Positions 27,174 through 36,541 of a stretch of 64,000 nt of DNA are shown in pieces. Source of the stretch: a virus. A program made the translations under genes and the position numbers. The stretch is taken from positions 1 to 64,000 of IMG/VR virus record IMGVR_UViG_3300027902_000008; one strand, written 5' to 3'. The notes under the pieces were generated by a model. It had not been told where the DNA came from, did not search any database, and saw nothing but the letters and a program-made list of their open reading frames with translations. The stretch's first letter is position 1. Every line of letters starts with the position of its first letter.

Positions 27174-28523
27174 ATGAGGACAATTGTAACTCCTCTTTCA
27201 AAAGAAGAGAAAAAAGCAATCAAGGAAATGGCTGCAAACTCTAAGCTTTCTGATAGGGTAGATATTGTAGAGGATATCTACGGCTTTATGAAACAACCAG
27301 AAATGATAGAGGAAGCTGACATTACAGAAGAGTTAATAGATGAGTTTGTAAATGGTAAGTTTGAATATTATATTCCTATGAAACAAAAGGTAAAGGGCAG
27401 GATAGACTTCTTTAATAGGATAATGAATCATTCTTATTATGGAAAGTTTAGAGACCTTAATCCAGATGAGGGTGCTTGTATTCTATTGGATATGTTGAAT
27501 GCCTTTTATAAAGAGAAGAAAGAGCAGGAGAAAGACGGAGGGGGGAAGGGTTCTCACGATGAAGCAATGAGGGAATTTGAGGACATAATCCGCTATGGCA
27601 GGGAACTCTTTGATTTGCTTGATGACCCTTGGTTCAGAAAACTTATGGAACAACCTGAATCTGGATGCGGTAGTGGTCAAGATAAGAAACCAGACCAACT
27701 TCCTCAAATGGTTAAAAATATGGTTGCAGGTATGGGTAATGTTATCCATATGTATGAGTTATCAAAGAGATTGGAATTTACCATAAGGGCAAGCAAAAAG
27801 GGAAAATGGAATGAAGTTCCTTTCCCAGATAACGGTATGGATATCAGCCGTATGAAAAAGATAAGGGACATTACTCAATTACTTCCTTCTCAATTAGCTC
27901 TTGATGATGATGTCTTCCTTAAGAAGTTGCTGAGCAAAGAACTACTCAAAAAGAAGTATATGCAAAGACAGGAAAAACGGCAGATACTTTATATGATTGT
28001 AGATAGCAGTGGCAGTATGTCTGATAACGTATTAAAGAATATGATGAAAATAGATGTATGCAAGTCTGTAACTATAGCATTGATGAAAAAGATGATAGAG
28101 AATGAAGATTTCTTCTATTTTAGATGGTTTACAACAGGAGTAAGTCCTTTGCATAAGATTAAAACTAAAGAAGAGGCAATGGACTTTTTGCCAAAATTAG
28201 TTTATGGGCAGAATGCAGATGGAGGAACTAATATACAAAATGCAATAAGGGTTGCTACTGAAGATTTGAAAAGTAAGCAACTTGAACATTGGGATTTGGC
28301 TGATATTCTCTTGGTAAGCGATGGAATTGCTGTTGTTAATGTAGAGGAATGTAATAAGATGCTTGAAGGAATAGATATGCACACTATTATGATTACACAC
28401 GAAAAGCTGGATAAGAACAATGAATTTCATAGTAATATGATTCAGATGTCAAAAAACTTTATGATGACTAACTGTTATGATGAAACAGACGTTGTGGAGA
28501 TAGCAAATATTTTTACTAAATAG
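27174..28523 (+). CDS. VWA-domain protein (ViaA-like partner)
   Basis: MIDAS motif DSSGSM, GGTNI, LVSDG; adjacent to the MoxR ATPase. Confidence 0.88.
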   Translation: MRTIVTPLSKEEKKAIKEMAANSKLSDRVDIVEDIYGFMKQPEMIEEADITEELIDEFVNGKFEYYIPMKQKVKGRIDFFNRIMNHSYYGKFRDLNPDEGACILLDMLNAFYKEKKEQEKDGGGKGSHDEAMREFEDIIRYGRELFDLLDDPWFRKLMEQPESGCGSGQDKKPDQLPQMVKNMVAGMGNVIHMYELSKRLEFTIRASKKGKWNEVPFPDNGMDISRMKKIRDITQLLPSQLALDDDVFLKKLLSKELLKKKYMQRQEKRQILYMIVDSSGSMSDNVLKNMMKIDVCKSVTIALMKKMIENEDFFYFRWFTTGVSPLHKIKTKEEAMDFLPKLVYGQNADGGTNIQNAIRVATEDLKSKQLEHWDLADILLVSDGIAVVNVEECNKMLEGIDMHTIMITHEKLDKNNEFHSNMIQMSKNFMMTNCYDETDVVEIANIFTK

Positions 28524-29603
28524 GAGAAGATAATGAACGAAAACGTTAAAAACTTTGCTGATAATCTTAACAATCTTATAGCAAACTCTAAATCAAGGGA
28601 AGAGGCAATGGGTAAGCCTTATCTTGAATTGTATGAAAGTGATAGAATGTATAAAAACATCTTTGTTATTTCAAGACAATGGAAGGATACCGAAATAAGT
28701 ATTGAAAAAGAAAGCGGAAATTATGAGAAAAAAACTATTAAAGCAAGATGGGGATTTAAGGTATTATCTAAAGAAGATAAGAATAAGATGATTACTTTTG
28801 CTTTCTATTTTGGTGATGTAGATAATAATGATGACTGGTGGAATAAAAGAAAAGGAGGCACAATAAAGATACCAGTTTCAAAGGAAAAGTTTGAAGAACT
28901 TGTTAAGGTAATGGAGTCTTTTGCAAACGCAGCACCAGATGAATTAACTTACTGCCTTCAAGATTATACTAAGTTTTTTGATAAAAAAACGCAACTTCAT
29001 TATGGTCAGGCAACAAAGCAGATGGAGGTTAAGACTGTCAAATTGAATAAAAAATCAATGAAAAAACTTAAAGAATGGGAGGATAAAAATGGAAACTCAA
29101 AGAGAAAAGATAATGGATGAGATAGAGTTTGGGGATTTTGTTTTAAAGTATGAAGAAGAGATAAATAAGATTCAAGATATGATTAGGCAGCCATTTGAAA
29201 ATGAAGTTAATGCCATTGAAAAACAAATTGGTAATTTAAGTGCTAAGATGGAATTTATATCTTGGTGTTTGGCACGAGCTAAAGAACTTCTTATAAATGC
29301 ACAACACAGGGCATTAATACCAAAGAGAAAAGATATTACTGATACTGATAGGCGTTTGGCTCTTGATTTTAGCACTTCCAAGGAAACATTGCTTGTTAAC
29401 TGGCTTGAAGGTGTAGATGAGAAAATAGGCAAATATCTTGATAAATTGCAAAGTGTTCTATCAACAGAAAGAGCCATATATGAGAAGGCAGGATAAATGA
29501 AAAAGCATAGAATATTGTATCAGTTAAAGAAGACAAGGTTTCTTAATCCAAAAGTTAGGAGGGGTGGTAATGTTAAAAATAGACGAGATGTGGAAGGAGG
29601 GGT

Positions 29604-30011
29604 ATGCCAAGCGGAGTCTACATTAGGACTGCATATCACATAGAGATAAACAGGGAAAGCCATAAAGGGATAACTTCGGCAAATAAAGGTAAGTTTGGCG
29701 ATAAAAGCTCAAAATGGAAAGGGAAATTTATAAATCATAATGGTTATACTATGGTTTATTGCCCAAACCACCCATATGCTATATCATCAAGAGTGTATCA
29801 ACATCGTTTAAAAATTGAGAAGTGCATTGGAAGATATTTATTACCTGAAGAAGACACGCACCACTTGAATGGAATAAAAACTGATAACAAGCTTAGAAAT
29901 CTTATGGCATTTTCTAACCACTCTGCTCATATAAGATTTCATAAAAATCCTAATAATGTTAAAGCAAGAGAAATTATTTTTAATGGGAGGAAGTATGCTA
30001 AAAATAACTGA
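29604..30011 (+). CDS. HNH homing endonuclease
   Basis: YQHRL...HHLNGIKTDNKLRNL; MPSGVYIRT NUMOD-type N-terminus. Confidence 0.85.
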   Translation: MPSGVYIRTAYHIEINRESHKGITSANKGKFGDKSSKWKGKFINHNGYTMVYCPNHPYAISSRVYQHRLKIEKCIGRYLLPEEDTHHLNGIKTDNKLRNLMAFSNHSAHIRFHKNPNNVKAREIIFNGRKYAKNN

Positions 30012-32029
30012 AATGTTCGCATTCATAGCGGAAAATAAAGAAGGAGAAGGAGTTATGGGTGTAGGTAGTCCAATGGGTCTTGTGCCTTTGGTTGGTGCTG
30101 ATATGACAAGGATTAAGAGCCTTTATCCCATAGCCTTAGATGTTAGCAAGATAACAGGAATACCTTTCAGGGTGGTTAAGTTTACCAATAGACAAGATAT
30201 TACTGAAGAGGTTAAAAATGCGTATAGTAATGAAAAAAGGTGATTTTAGATTTGGTAAATCACAAAACGGAGTAGTGATAGTATTCAGGAAATCTATACT
30301 TGATATAGAAAGGTCTGGATTAAAGTATGAAGACCAAGACGTATCTACGCAGTGGTCTTGTGAAATTTTGAATGGAAAGATAGGTATGGTTCATTTGGAG
30401 GTTTGCTGGGATAAGTTTAATGAAGCTGTTATCATTCCTTTTGATGTCAAGGAGCCTGAGATAAGAGTTATATGTAGGCAGGTGGCTACTGATAAAAGGA
30501 TTAACTTCGCAAATGTAGATTTTCTTGAAGAAGCAGTTGGGGGGATTAGTAAGGGATTATATGCTGAAGTTAATAGAAATCAAGTATTAGATTGGCTTGA
30601 TGCTGAAGATTCTGGTGCATTTATGAATATCTGGTTTAGGAATAATCCTCAAAGCACTTAGGAGATTAATATGGAATTTACTGTTGATGATTATATTTTA
30701 GGTATGTGGTTTGCTGAGGCTCCTAATGGAGACAACTGGCAAATGACAATAATCAAGAGAGATGGTAAGTGGTTAGGAGAATATAGATTCAGATATAAGA
30801 AAGATGATAAGGTATGGCATTCAAACGATAGGAAAAGTTTCTATAACTTTAAAATACCAGAAGAAGAAACTGAAGAGGAAGTATTAAAGAAAATGGAAGT
30901 ATTTTTTGATGTTATCAAAATACAATATCCAAGGGGTGAGTTTATATCAATAAAAGGAGACTTTAATAAGTTTATCTTTAGAATGGCACAAGAGCCTTGG
31001 TTTAATATAAAGAAAATATCTCAGGAAGATTTTGAAAAGGAATATGGCAAGGAAGGAGGGCAAGATGGTGAAATATAAATATGTTCCATTAAAGTCTTTA
31101 TTTAAATCCTATTCTAAAACTCTAATATGGATTTTAAATACTTTGCTTCAATCATTACTTTATTCAATAGCACAAAAACAGGTAACTCTATTTTTTATGG
31201 CTTTTGGATTAGGAATGATGTTATCTGATTATATGTGCGAAAGATTGCATAGTAATGAATGGATAAGAAGGCATATTGATGATGAGTTTAATAAGGCTCT
31301 GCTTCTAATTGAGGCAGAAAAGATAAAGAATGGAGACTAATATGGAAACATTTCATAGTGAACACGCCTTTGAAATTAAGAAAACCAAAGAACAATTTGG
31401 CTTAACGTTTTCTAAGGGTGCTTGGGAAATGATGATGAGTGCTATAGTTCATTGGTTAGGAAAACAAGTATTTGACCACTGGGCTACAAAACATTTGAAA
31501 ATAAAGATAGTTATTGATGGAGAATACAATCCAGAAGAAAAGCCCAAAAAAGGAGGGGACAATGGTAAAGAAAATTGATTTTAAAAATTACATTGGAGAA
31601 GGTGCTGTTAAGATGGAGGAAGCAGATGGCACAAGGAGATGTAGATGTGGTAATAAGATTCTCAAAGGTGAAAAACATACGGTTATTTATTCTCCAAATG
31701 GAAGATTTCAACCAAAAAGATATAACTTCTGTAGACAATGTTCTGTAGGCTTGCTTATTGCTGAGAGCCAGAGGTTATTTGATATAGAAACTAAGATGTT
31801 TGGACAAGGAGGGGCTTGATGTCAAGAATTAAAGCCAAAAATAGAGGAAAGTGTCCTTATTGTGGAAGTATTGGATTCTGGATGTCTAAGTCAAAACTTG
31901 CTTGTGCAATACTCAAAATGATAGGATTCGGCAGTAAGAAGTCTATTTATAGTGATGGAAACTTCTCTAAAGAAGAGATGTTTGCCATCTATGAATACTT
32001 AAGAACCATACATTCTTCATAGGAGAAAA

Positions 32030-32890
32030 ATGAAGACTTTTTTGTTTGAGCCTATACTTAATATACCAGAGCAGAAGATTGGTAAATGGGAAATAAAGCA
32101 TAAATTAATTAAAGCAGGGGAAGAGATAACGATTGTATCTGTTCGTGATGCTATATTTAGTGGTAAGAAATCTCAAAAAGCTATTGTTGATAATCCAATT
32201 ATTGTCCATCAACTTTATGGAGACGGCGGTTTATGGATGTCAGATAGCCCACAAGAAAATGAAGGGCAAAGAGATATAGTAGAGAAATGCAAAGGTAATG
32301 TTTTAATCGGTGGCTTAGGATTAGGTTATATAGCCTCTATGCTTGATAGAAAGAAAAATGTTAAATCTATAACAGTAGTTGAGTTAGAGAAAGATGTTAT
32401 AAGCCTTGTATGGAAACATTTAAATTTAAAGAAATCTGAAATTATTCATATGGATTTATTTGATTATCTTAAAAGCACCAAAAAGAAGTTTAACTGGGTT
32501 TATTATGATATTTGGACTCCAACAGGAGAAGATATACTTTATACTCATATTAGACCTCTGAAGACATTATCTAAGGGCAAGGTTCCATTTAAGCATATTC
32601 TTTGTTGGTCTGAAGCCACTATGTTAGGTCAGATGATGTTAAACTTACATACTACTATACAAATAGGATATGATAAACAACTGGGTATTGTAAGATTATC
32701 TGAAAAGGAGTTTCAAGATTACTACCATCTTAGTAGGACTACTTGGGCTTATTATAATTGGTTCAGGCAAATGAAACCAGATAATGACTTTGCAGTAATA
32801 ATGGCTAAACATTATGTTTCTACCTATACGGATTATGATGAGTGGATTAAGATTTGGGGTAAATGGGATAAGAAGGAGGTGAAATTATAA
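32030..32890 (+). CDS. SAM-dependent methyltransferase, spermidine-synthase-like fold
   Basis: VLIGGLGLG, ITVVE, YYDIW motifs. Confidence 0.75.
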   Translation: MKTFLFEPILNIPEQKIGKWEIKHKLIKAGEEITIVSVRDAIFSGKKSQKAIVDNPIIVHQLYGDGGLWMSDSPQENEGQRDIVEKCKGNVLIGGLGLGYIASMLDRKKNVKSITVVELEKDVISLVWKHLNLKKSEIIHMDLFDYLKSTKKKFNWVYYDIWTPTGEDILYTHIRPLKTLSKGKVPFKHILCWSEATMLGQMMLNLHTTIQIGYDKQLGIVRLSEKEFQDYYHLSRTTWAYYNWFRQMKPDNDFAVIMAKHYVSTYTDYDEWIKIWGKWDKKEVKL

Positions 32891-33207
32891 TTTAATTAGC
32901 ACTCTATTTCAGAGAAGGGCAGGAAACTTTAAGAACTACATCATAATGAAAGCCACGGATTCCTGCCCTTACTAATTTTAGGAGGTTAATATGGTGAAGC
33001 CAAATGAGAAATTCCATTCCTGTGATTGTGATATGAGATATATCAGAGAAGGAGATAGCACTGAAACCATCAAGGCATTCTTTCAGGCACATCCTTTTAT
33101 GCTTGGTTTTTTAACTGGATTTATTTTTAAGAAAGGAACGGATACTTTTGCAAAGATTCTCCAAGAAGTTGCAGAAGAAAATTATAGAAAGAAAGGAGGC
33201 TGGGGTA

Positions 33208-33690
33208 ATGCCAATAGGAGTGTATAAGAGAACCAAAAAGCATTTAGCGAGATTAAAGAAGCAAATATTGAAATATAGTTTTTCAAAAAGTGGTAGAAAA
33301 CTATCTTTTACTTCTCGCAAGAAACAAGCTAAAACTATGTTGGGACATACAGTTTCAATAGCCACCCGTAATAAAATCAGAAGAAAGCTTCTTTTGAAAG
33401 ATGGAACAAGAAGAATCTATAATGGTTATGTTAATGTGTATGACTCTAAGCATCCAAGAAGGAGAAGGGTGTTTGAACATCATCTTATCATAGAGAAATA
33501 TATTAGAAGATTAATAAGGAAAGGTGAGGAAGGGCATCATATAAATGGCATTAAAACAGATAACCGTCCTCAAAATTTGATGTTATTTCGCAATAAAAGT
33601 GCACATACAAGGTTTGAAAATAAATTATTATTAAAGAAATCACCGATTAAGAAGTCAGATATTATATTTGATGGAAGGCTATTGCCTTAA
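33208..33690 (+). CDS. HNH homing endonuclease
   Basis: MPIGVYKRT, FEHHLI...HHINGIKTDNRPQNL; paralogue of 29604..30011. Confidence 0.85.
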   Translation: MPIGVYKRTKKHLARLKKQILKYSFSKSGRKLSFTSRKKQAKTMLGHTVSIATRNKIRRKLLLKDGTRRIYNGYVNVYDSKHPRRRRVFEHHLIIEKYIRRLIRKGEEGHHINGIKTDNRPQNLMLFRNKSAHTRFENKLLLKKSPIKKSDIIFDGRLLP

Positions 33691-33744
33691 AAAGTATCCA
33701 ATGAGAATTATGGTAATCCCAAAGGATGGGGAAGGAGATAGTAG

Positions 33745-33879
33745 GTTAGATTCTGTTCAGTTAGATTATGTTTTGGTAGATTAAATTGAGTTACTTTTAA
33801 TTTCTTTGTGTTGAATTCTGTTATTTTGTTTTGTGTTGAGTTTAGTTAAGTTGCGTTACGTTGTATTAAATAAAGTTGG
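33745..33879 (+). repeat. Pentamer array 1, 27 x DTT-NN
   Basis: gttag attct gttca gttag attat gtttt ggtag attaa attga gttac ... gttgg; period of exactly 5 with no indels. Confidence 0.9.
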
Positions 33880-33910
33880 AGAAAGGGCAGGTGATAGATT
33901 ATGTAAATAT

Positions 33911-34045
33911 GTTGAGTTAATTTAAGTTGGTTTCGGTTGGATTAGGTTAAGTTAATTTCGGTCAAGTTAATTTCAGTTCAGCTTTGTTGTGTTAGCTTAA
34001 TTTCTTTTTGGTTCTGTTAAGCTAATTTTGGTTGGGTTGTGTTAT
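33911..34045 (+). repeat. Pentamer array 2, 27 x DTT-NN
   Basis: gttga gttaa tttaa gttgg tttcg gttgg attag gttaa ... gttgt gttat; ends just before the RBS of the RAMP-like gene. Confidence 0.9.
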
Positions 34046-34064
34046 ATCTAAAGGGAGGATACAA

Positions 34065-34682
34065 ATGGTGAAGCAAAGTCCAGTAAAGGCAGTTGTTTTA
34101 AATGCAATAGATGTAAAATCTTTCAAGGTTTCAGTTGAAGGTATGACTCCATTTATCTCTCATAAATTTAGTGAGAGAAATATGAATCAAATGGAGGAGA
34201 AGCAAAGAAAGGAAAATACAAAAGAAAGGAAAGCGAGAATATCTATTGAAGATGAAGTTGCGGATTGTATTCATCGCTTAGATAACGGAAAAGTAGGTTA
34301 TCCTACTGATGCTTTTTATAATGGTATGCGTGAAGTAGCTCCATATCTTACTAATATGGATAAAAAACTTGTTCAGGGTTCAGTTAAGGTTTCTGGTTCA
34401 GACGGTTGTCCGTTAGTAGAGATTAAACACTCTAAACAGGTAACACAAAAAGATTTTGTTAAACTATCATCTGGCGTTGCTGATGTTAGATATAGACCGA
34501 GATTTGAGGGATGGAGTTGTGAACTTTTCATTAGATACAACGCTGCCCAAATTTCTCCTGAACAGATTATCACCCTTATAAATCTGGCTGGATTTCATAG
34601 AGGAATAGGAGACCATAGACCAGGTTCCCCAAAAAAGCCAGGAGATAACGGGATGTATAGAGTAAAAGAAACTGTAAAATAG
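34065..34682 (+). CDS. RAMP/Cas7-like protein associated with the pentamer arrays
   Basis: GGGAGG RBS before ATG 34065. N-terminal strand VSVEGMTPFISH, helix YPTDAFYNGM, thumb-like VRYRPRFEGWSCEL and C-terminal Gly-rich loop AGFHRGIGDHRP...GDNGMYRV match the RAMP layout. Fold inferred, not searched. Confidence 0.65.
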   Translation: MVKQSPVKAVVLNAIDVKSFKVSVEGMTPFISHKFSERNMNQMEEKQRKENTKERKARISIEDEVADCIHRLDNGKVGYPTDAFYNGMREVAPYLTNMDKKLVQGSVKVSGSDGCPLVEIKHSKQVTQKDFVKLSSGVADVRYRPRFEGWSCELFIRYNAAQISPEQIITLINLAGFHRGIGDHRPGSPKKPGDNGMYRVKETVK

Positions 34683-34697
34683 GCAACTGAATTTTTG

Positions 34698-34847
34698 TTT
34701 ACATTAGGTTTTGTTCGGTTCTGTTGCTTTTGGTTGGTTTCAGTTCCATTATTTTCATTTAAGTTTTGTTGTTTTAAGTTCTGTTGGGTTGAGTTACGTT
34801 TTGTTTCGTTGGGTTACGTTCATTTCATTTGGGTTTTTTTGGGTTAA
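34698..34847 (+). repeat. Pentamer array 3, 30 x DTT-NN
   Basis: tttac attag gtttt gttcg gttct gttgc ttttg gttgg ... tttgg gttaa; all 30 units have TT at positions 2-3. Confidence 0.92.
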
Positions 34848-34849
34848 GT

Positions 34850-34886
34850 GGGCAAGGGTTCAGAGATGGACTCTTGCCCTGTTTTT
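34850..34886 (+). terminator. Hairpin plus U-tract at the 3' end of array 3
   Basis: GGGCAAGGGTTC-AGAGAT-GGACTCTTGCCC 12-bp stem (2 G-U pairs) followed by TGTTTTT. Confidence 0.7.
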
Positions 34887-34906
34887 AAGTTTTTAAGGAG
34901 GTATAA

Positions 34907-35404
34907 ATGGTAAAATATAAGGCAAGAGAAGGTTCAATATTTAATGACGAACAGGCAAATATCTATGGTAAATGTGTTGAAAAGATAGAGCAGGAAAAAG
35001 GGTCTGTTAAGCCTTTAGATGTTGTTGAGGAAGGGGAAAAGACAGAATCTCCTTTACACGAATACTTTGATTGGGATGATAAATCTGCTGCTGACAAACA
35101 TAGATTACAACAAGCGAGGTATTTGCTTAATCATTTGATAGTTGAGATTACGATTGAAGGTAAATCTAAAGACCAAAATGCTTTTTTCAGCGTAGATATT
35201 GATATAGAGGGTGGTAATAAAGGTTATCTGTCTTTAGGAAAAGCTTTATCTATTCCAATATACAGAGAGCAGGTTTTGGATGTTGCTTTGCGTGAATTGC
35301 AATATTGGCAAGATAAGTATAAAGACCTTAAAGAATTAAGCCTTATATTTATAGCGATTAGGAAGATGAGACAGAAGATAAATAAGAAAAAAGGAAAGCC
35401 ATAA
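34907..35404 (+). CDS. Partner protein of the RAMP-like gene (unknown function)
   Basis: AGGAGG RBS; motif SPLHEYFDWDDKSAADKHRLQQARYLL; sandwiched between arrays 3 and 4. Confidence 0.65.
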   Translation: MVKYKAREGSIFNDEQANIYGKCVEKIEQEKGSVKPLDVVEEGEKTESPLHEYFDWDDKSAADKHRLQQARYLLNHLIVEITIEGKSKDQNAFFSVDIDIEGGNKGYLSLGKALSIPIYREQVLDVALRELQYWQDKYKDLKELSLIFIAIRKMRQKINKKKGKP

Positions 35405-35412
35405 TTTTGTAA

Positions 35413-35507
35413 GTTAGGTTGAGTCGTATTACGTTGGGTTTTGTTTGTATGTGTTGGTTTTGGTTATATTTAGTTCTGTTTTGTTGTGTTGGGTTTCGTT
35501 CGGTTAT
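35413..35507 (+). repeat. Pentamer array 4, 19 x DTT-NN
   Basis: gttag gttga gtcgt attac gttgg gtttt gtttg tatgt ... gttcg gttat. Confidence 0.88.
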
Positions 35508-35712
35508 TTAATGAAGAAATGACAGGGAGGAAAAATGAAGTTCAAAAGAGAGTTTTTAATAAGTATTAAGGCAGAAGCGAAAACAGAATTTGGAATCCAG
35601 ATGATAGAAGAATCAATTTCTGTAATGTTAAACGCTTGGGTATTACATCATCGTAAAGCAAGAGGAAAATCTTCTATTATAAAATTCAATATGATAAAAA
35701 AGGAATGTTAAG

Positions 35713-36075
35713 ATGAGCTGCAAATTCAAAGACCCACAAGGCTATTGCGAACAAACCAACGGAGGTGGTTCTATAAAGTGCAAGGATAGAAGGCACTATT
35801 GCAATGAGGAGATAGATGTGCATACTTTAAAGGGTGAATGGCTAACAAGAAGGGTCTGGCTTGATGGTAAAGAACTATTCCCAGAGAGAAGCCAGAAGGT
35901 CAGAAACCATAGCCCAGATGGCTTTAATTGGAGTTACAACGGTTCTGGACCAGCCCAGTTAGCATTGGCTATTATGCTTGAATGCACAGGCAAAGCAGAA
36001 GGCTATCAAGACTTCAAATGGAAGACAATAGCCACTTTACCAAGAGCAGATTTTGAGATAGAATTTGAGTTATAG
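35713..36075 (+). CDS. Conserved hypothetical (DUF6166-like)
   Basis: RNHSPDGFNWSYNGSGPAQLALAIM motif. Confidence 0.65.
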   Translation: MSCKFKDPQGYCEQTNGGGSIKCKDRRHYCNEEIDVHTLKGEWLTRRVWLDGKELFPERSQKVRNHSPDGFNWSYNGSGPAQLALAIMLECTGKAEGYQDFKWKTIATLPRADFEIEFEL

Positions 36076-36188
36076 GAGGATAAATGAAAAGGTTTTGGAT
36101 TGAGGTGTTTATAAAATTCTTATTGGTTATAACAATCACTTTTACATTGGCTATTTTAATAGTGAAACATAGTAAATAAGGAGAATAA

Positions 36189-36512
36189 ATGAGGCTTATT
36201 AAAATACCATTCCCAGTTATGGATATGGTGCCATTTCCAGACTCGGAAGAATTAGAAGTCTTTACTGCTGATAATGGGAAAATAGGCATATTAAAGTCAA
36301 TTGATAATACTCCTAAATGGGGTAAGTTAAAGCACGTTTCTATCTCAAGGTCAGACCGCTATCCTTCTTGGGAAGAGATACTTGAGATTAAAGAGATGTT
36401 ATTTGGGGATATAGATGTAATGATGGTTATGCCAAAGAAAGAGGATTATGTTAATGTGCATAAGAACTGTTTTCATCTTTGGCAAACACCTGAAAGATGG
36501 GAATTACAATAA
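36189..36512 (+). CDS. Conserved phage hypothetical protein
   Basis: HVSISRSDRYPSWEEI...YVNVHKNCFHLW motif common in phages. Confidence 0.65.
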   Translation: MRLIKIPFPVMDMVPFPDSEELEVFTADNGKIGILKSIDNTPKWGKLKHVSISRSDRYPSWEEILEIKEMLFGDIDVMMVMPKKEDYVNVHKNCFHLWQTPERWELQ

Positions 36513-36541
36513 GGAGGCTAATGTGGAATTAAGGGAAATGA

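Noticed and set aside
34711-34896. 61-aa Phe/Val-rich ORF
   Set aside because: It is pentamer array 3 read through by chance; no RBS, and the period of 5 is incompatible with codon structure.
33745-35507. CRISPR array or simple microsatellite interpretation
   Set aside because: No 25-40-nt direct repeats with spacers and no cas1/cas2. Unlike slippage repeats, the units are non-identical yet perfectly phased.
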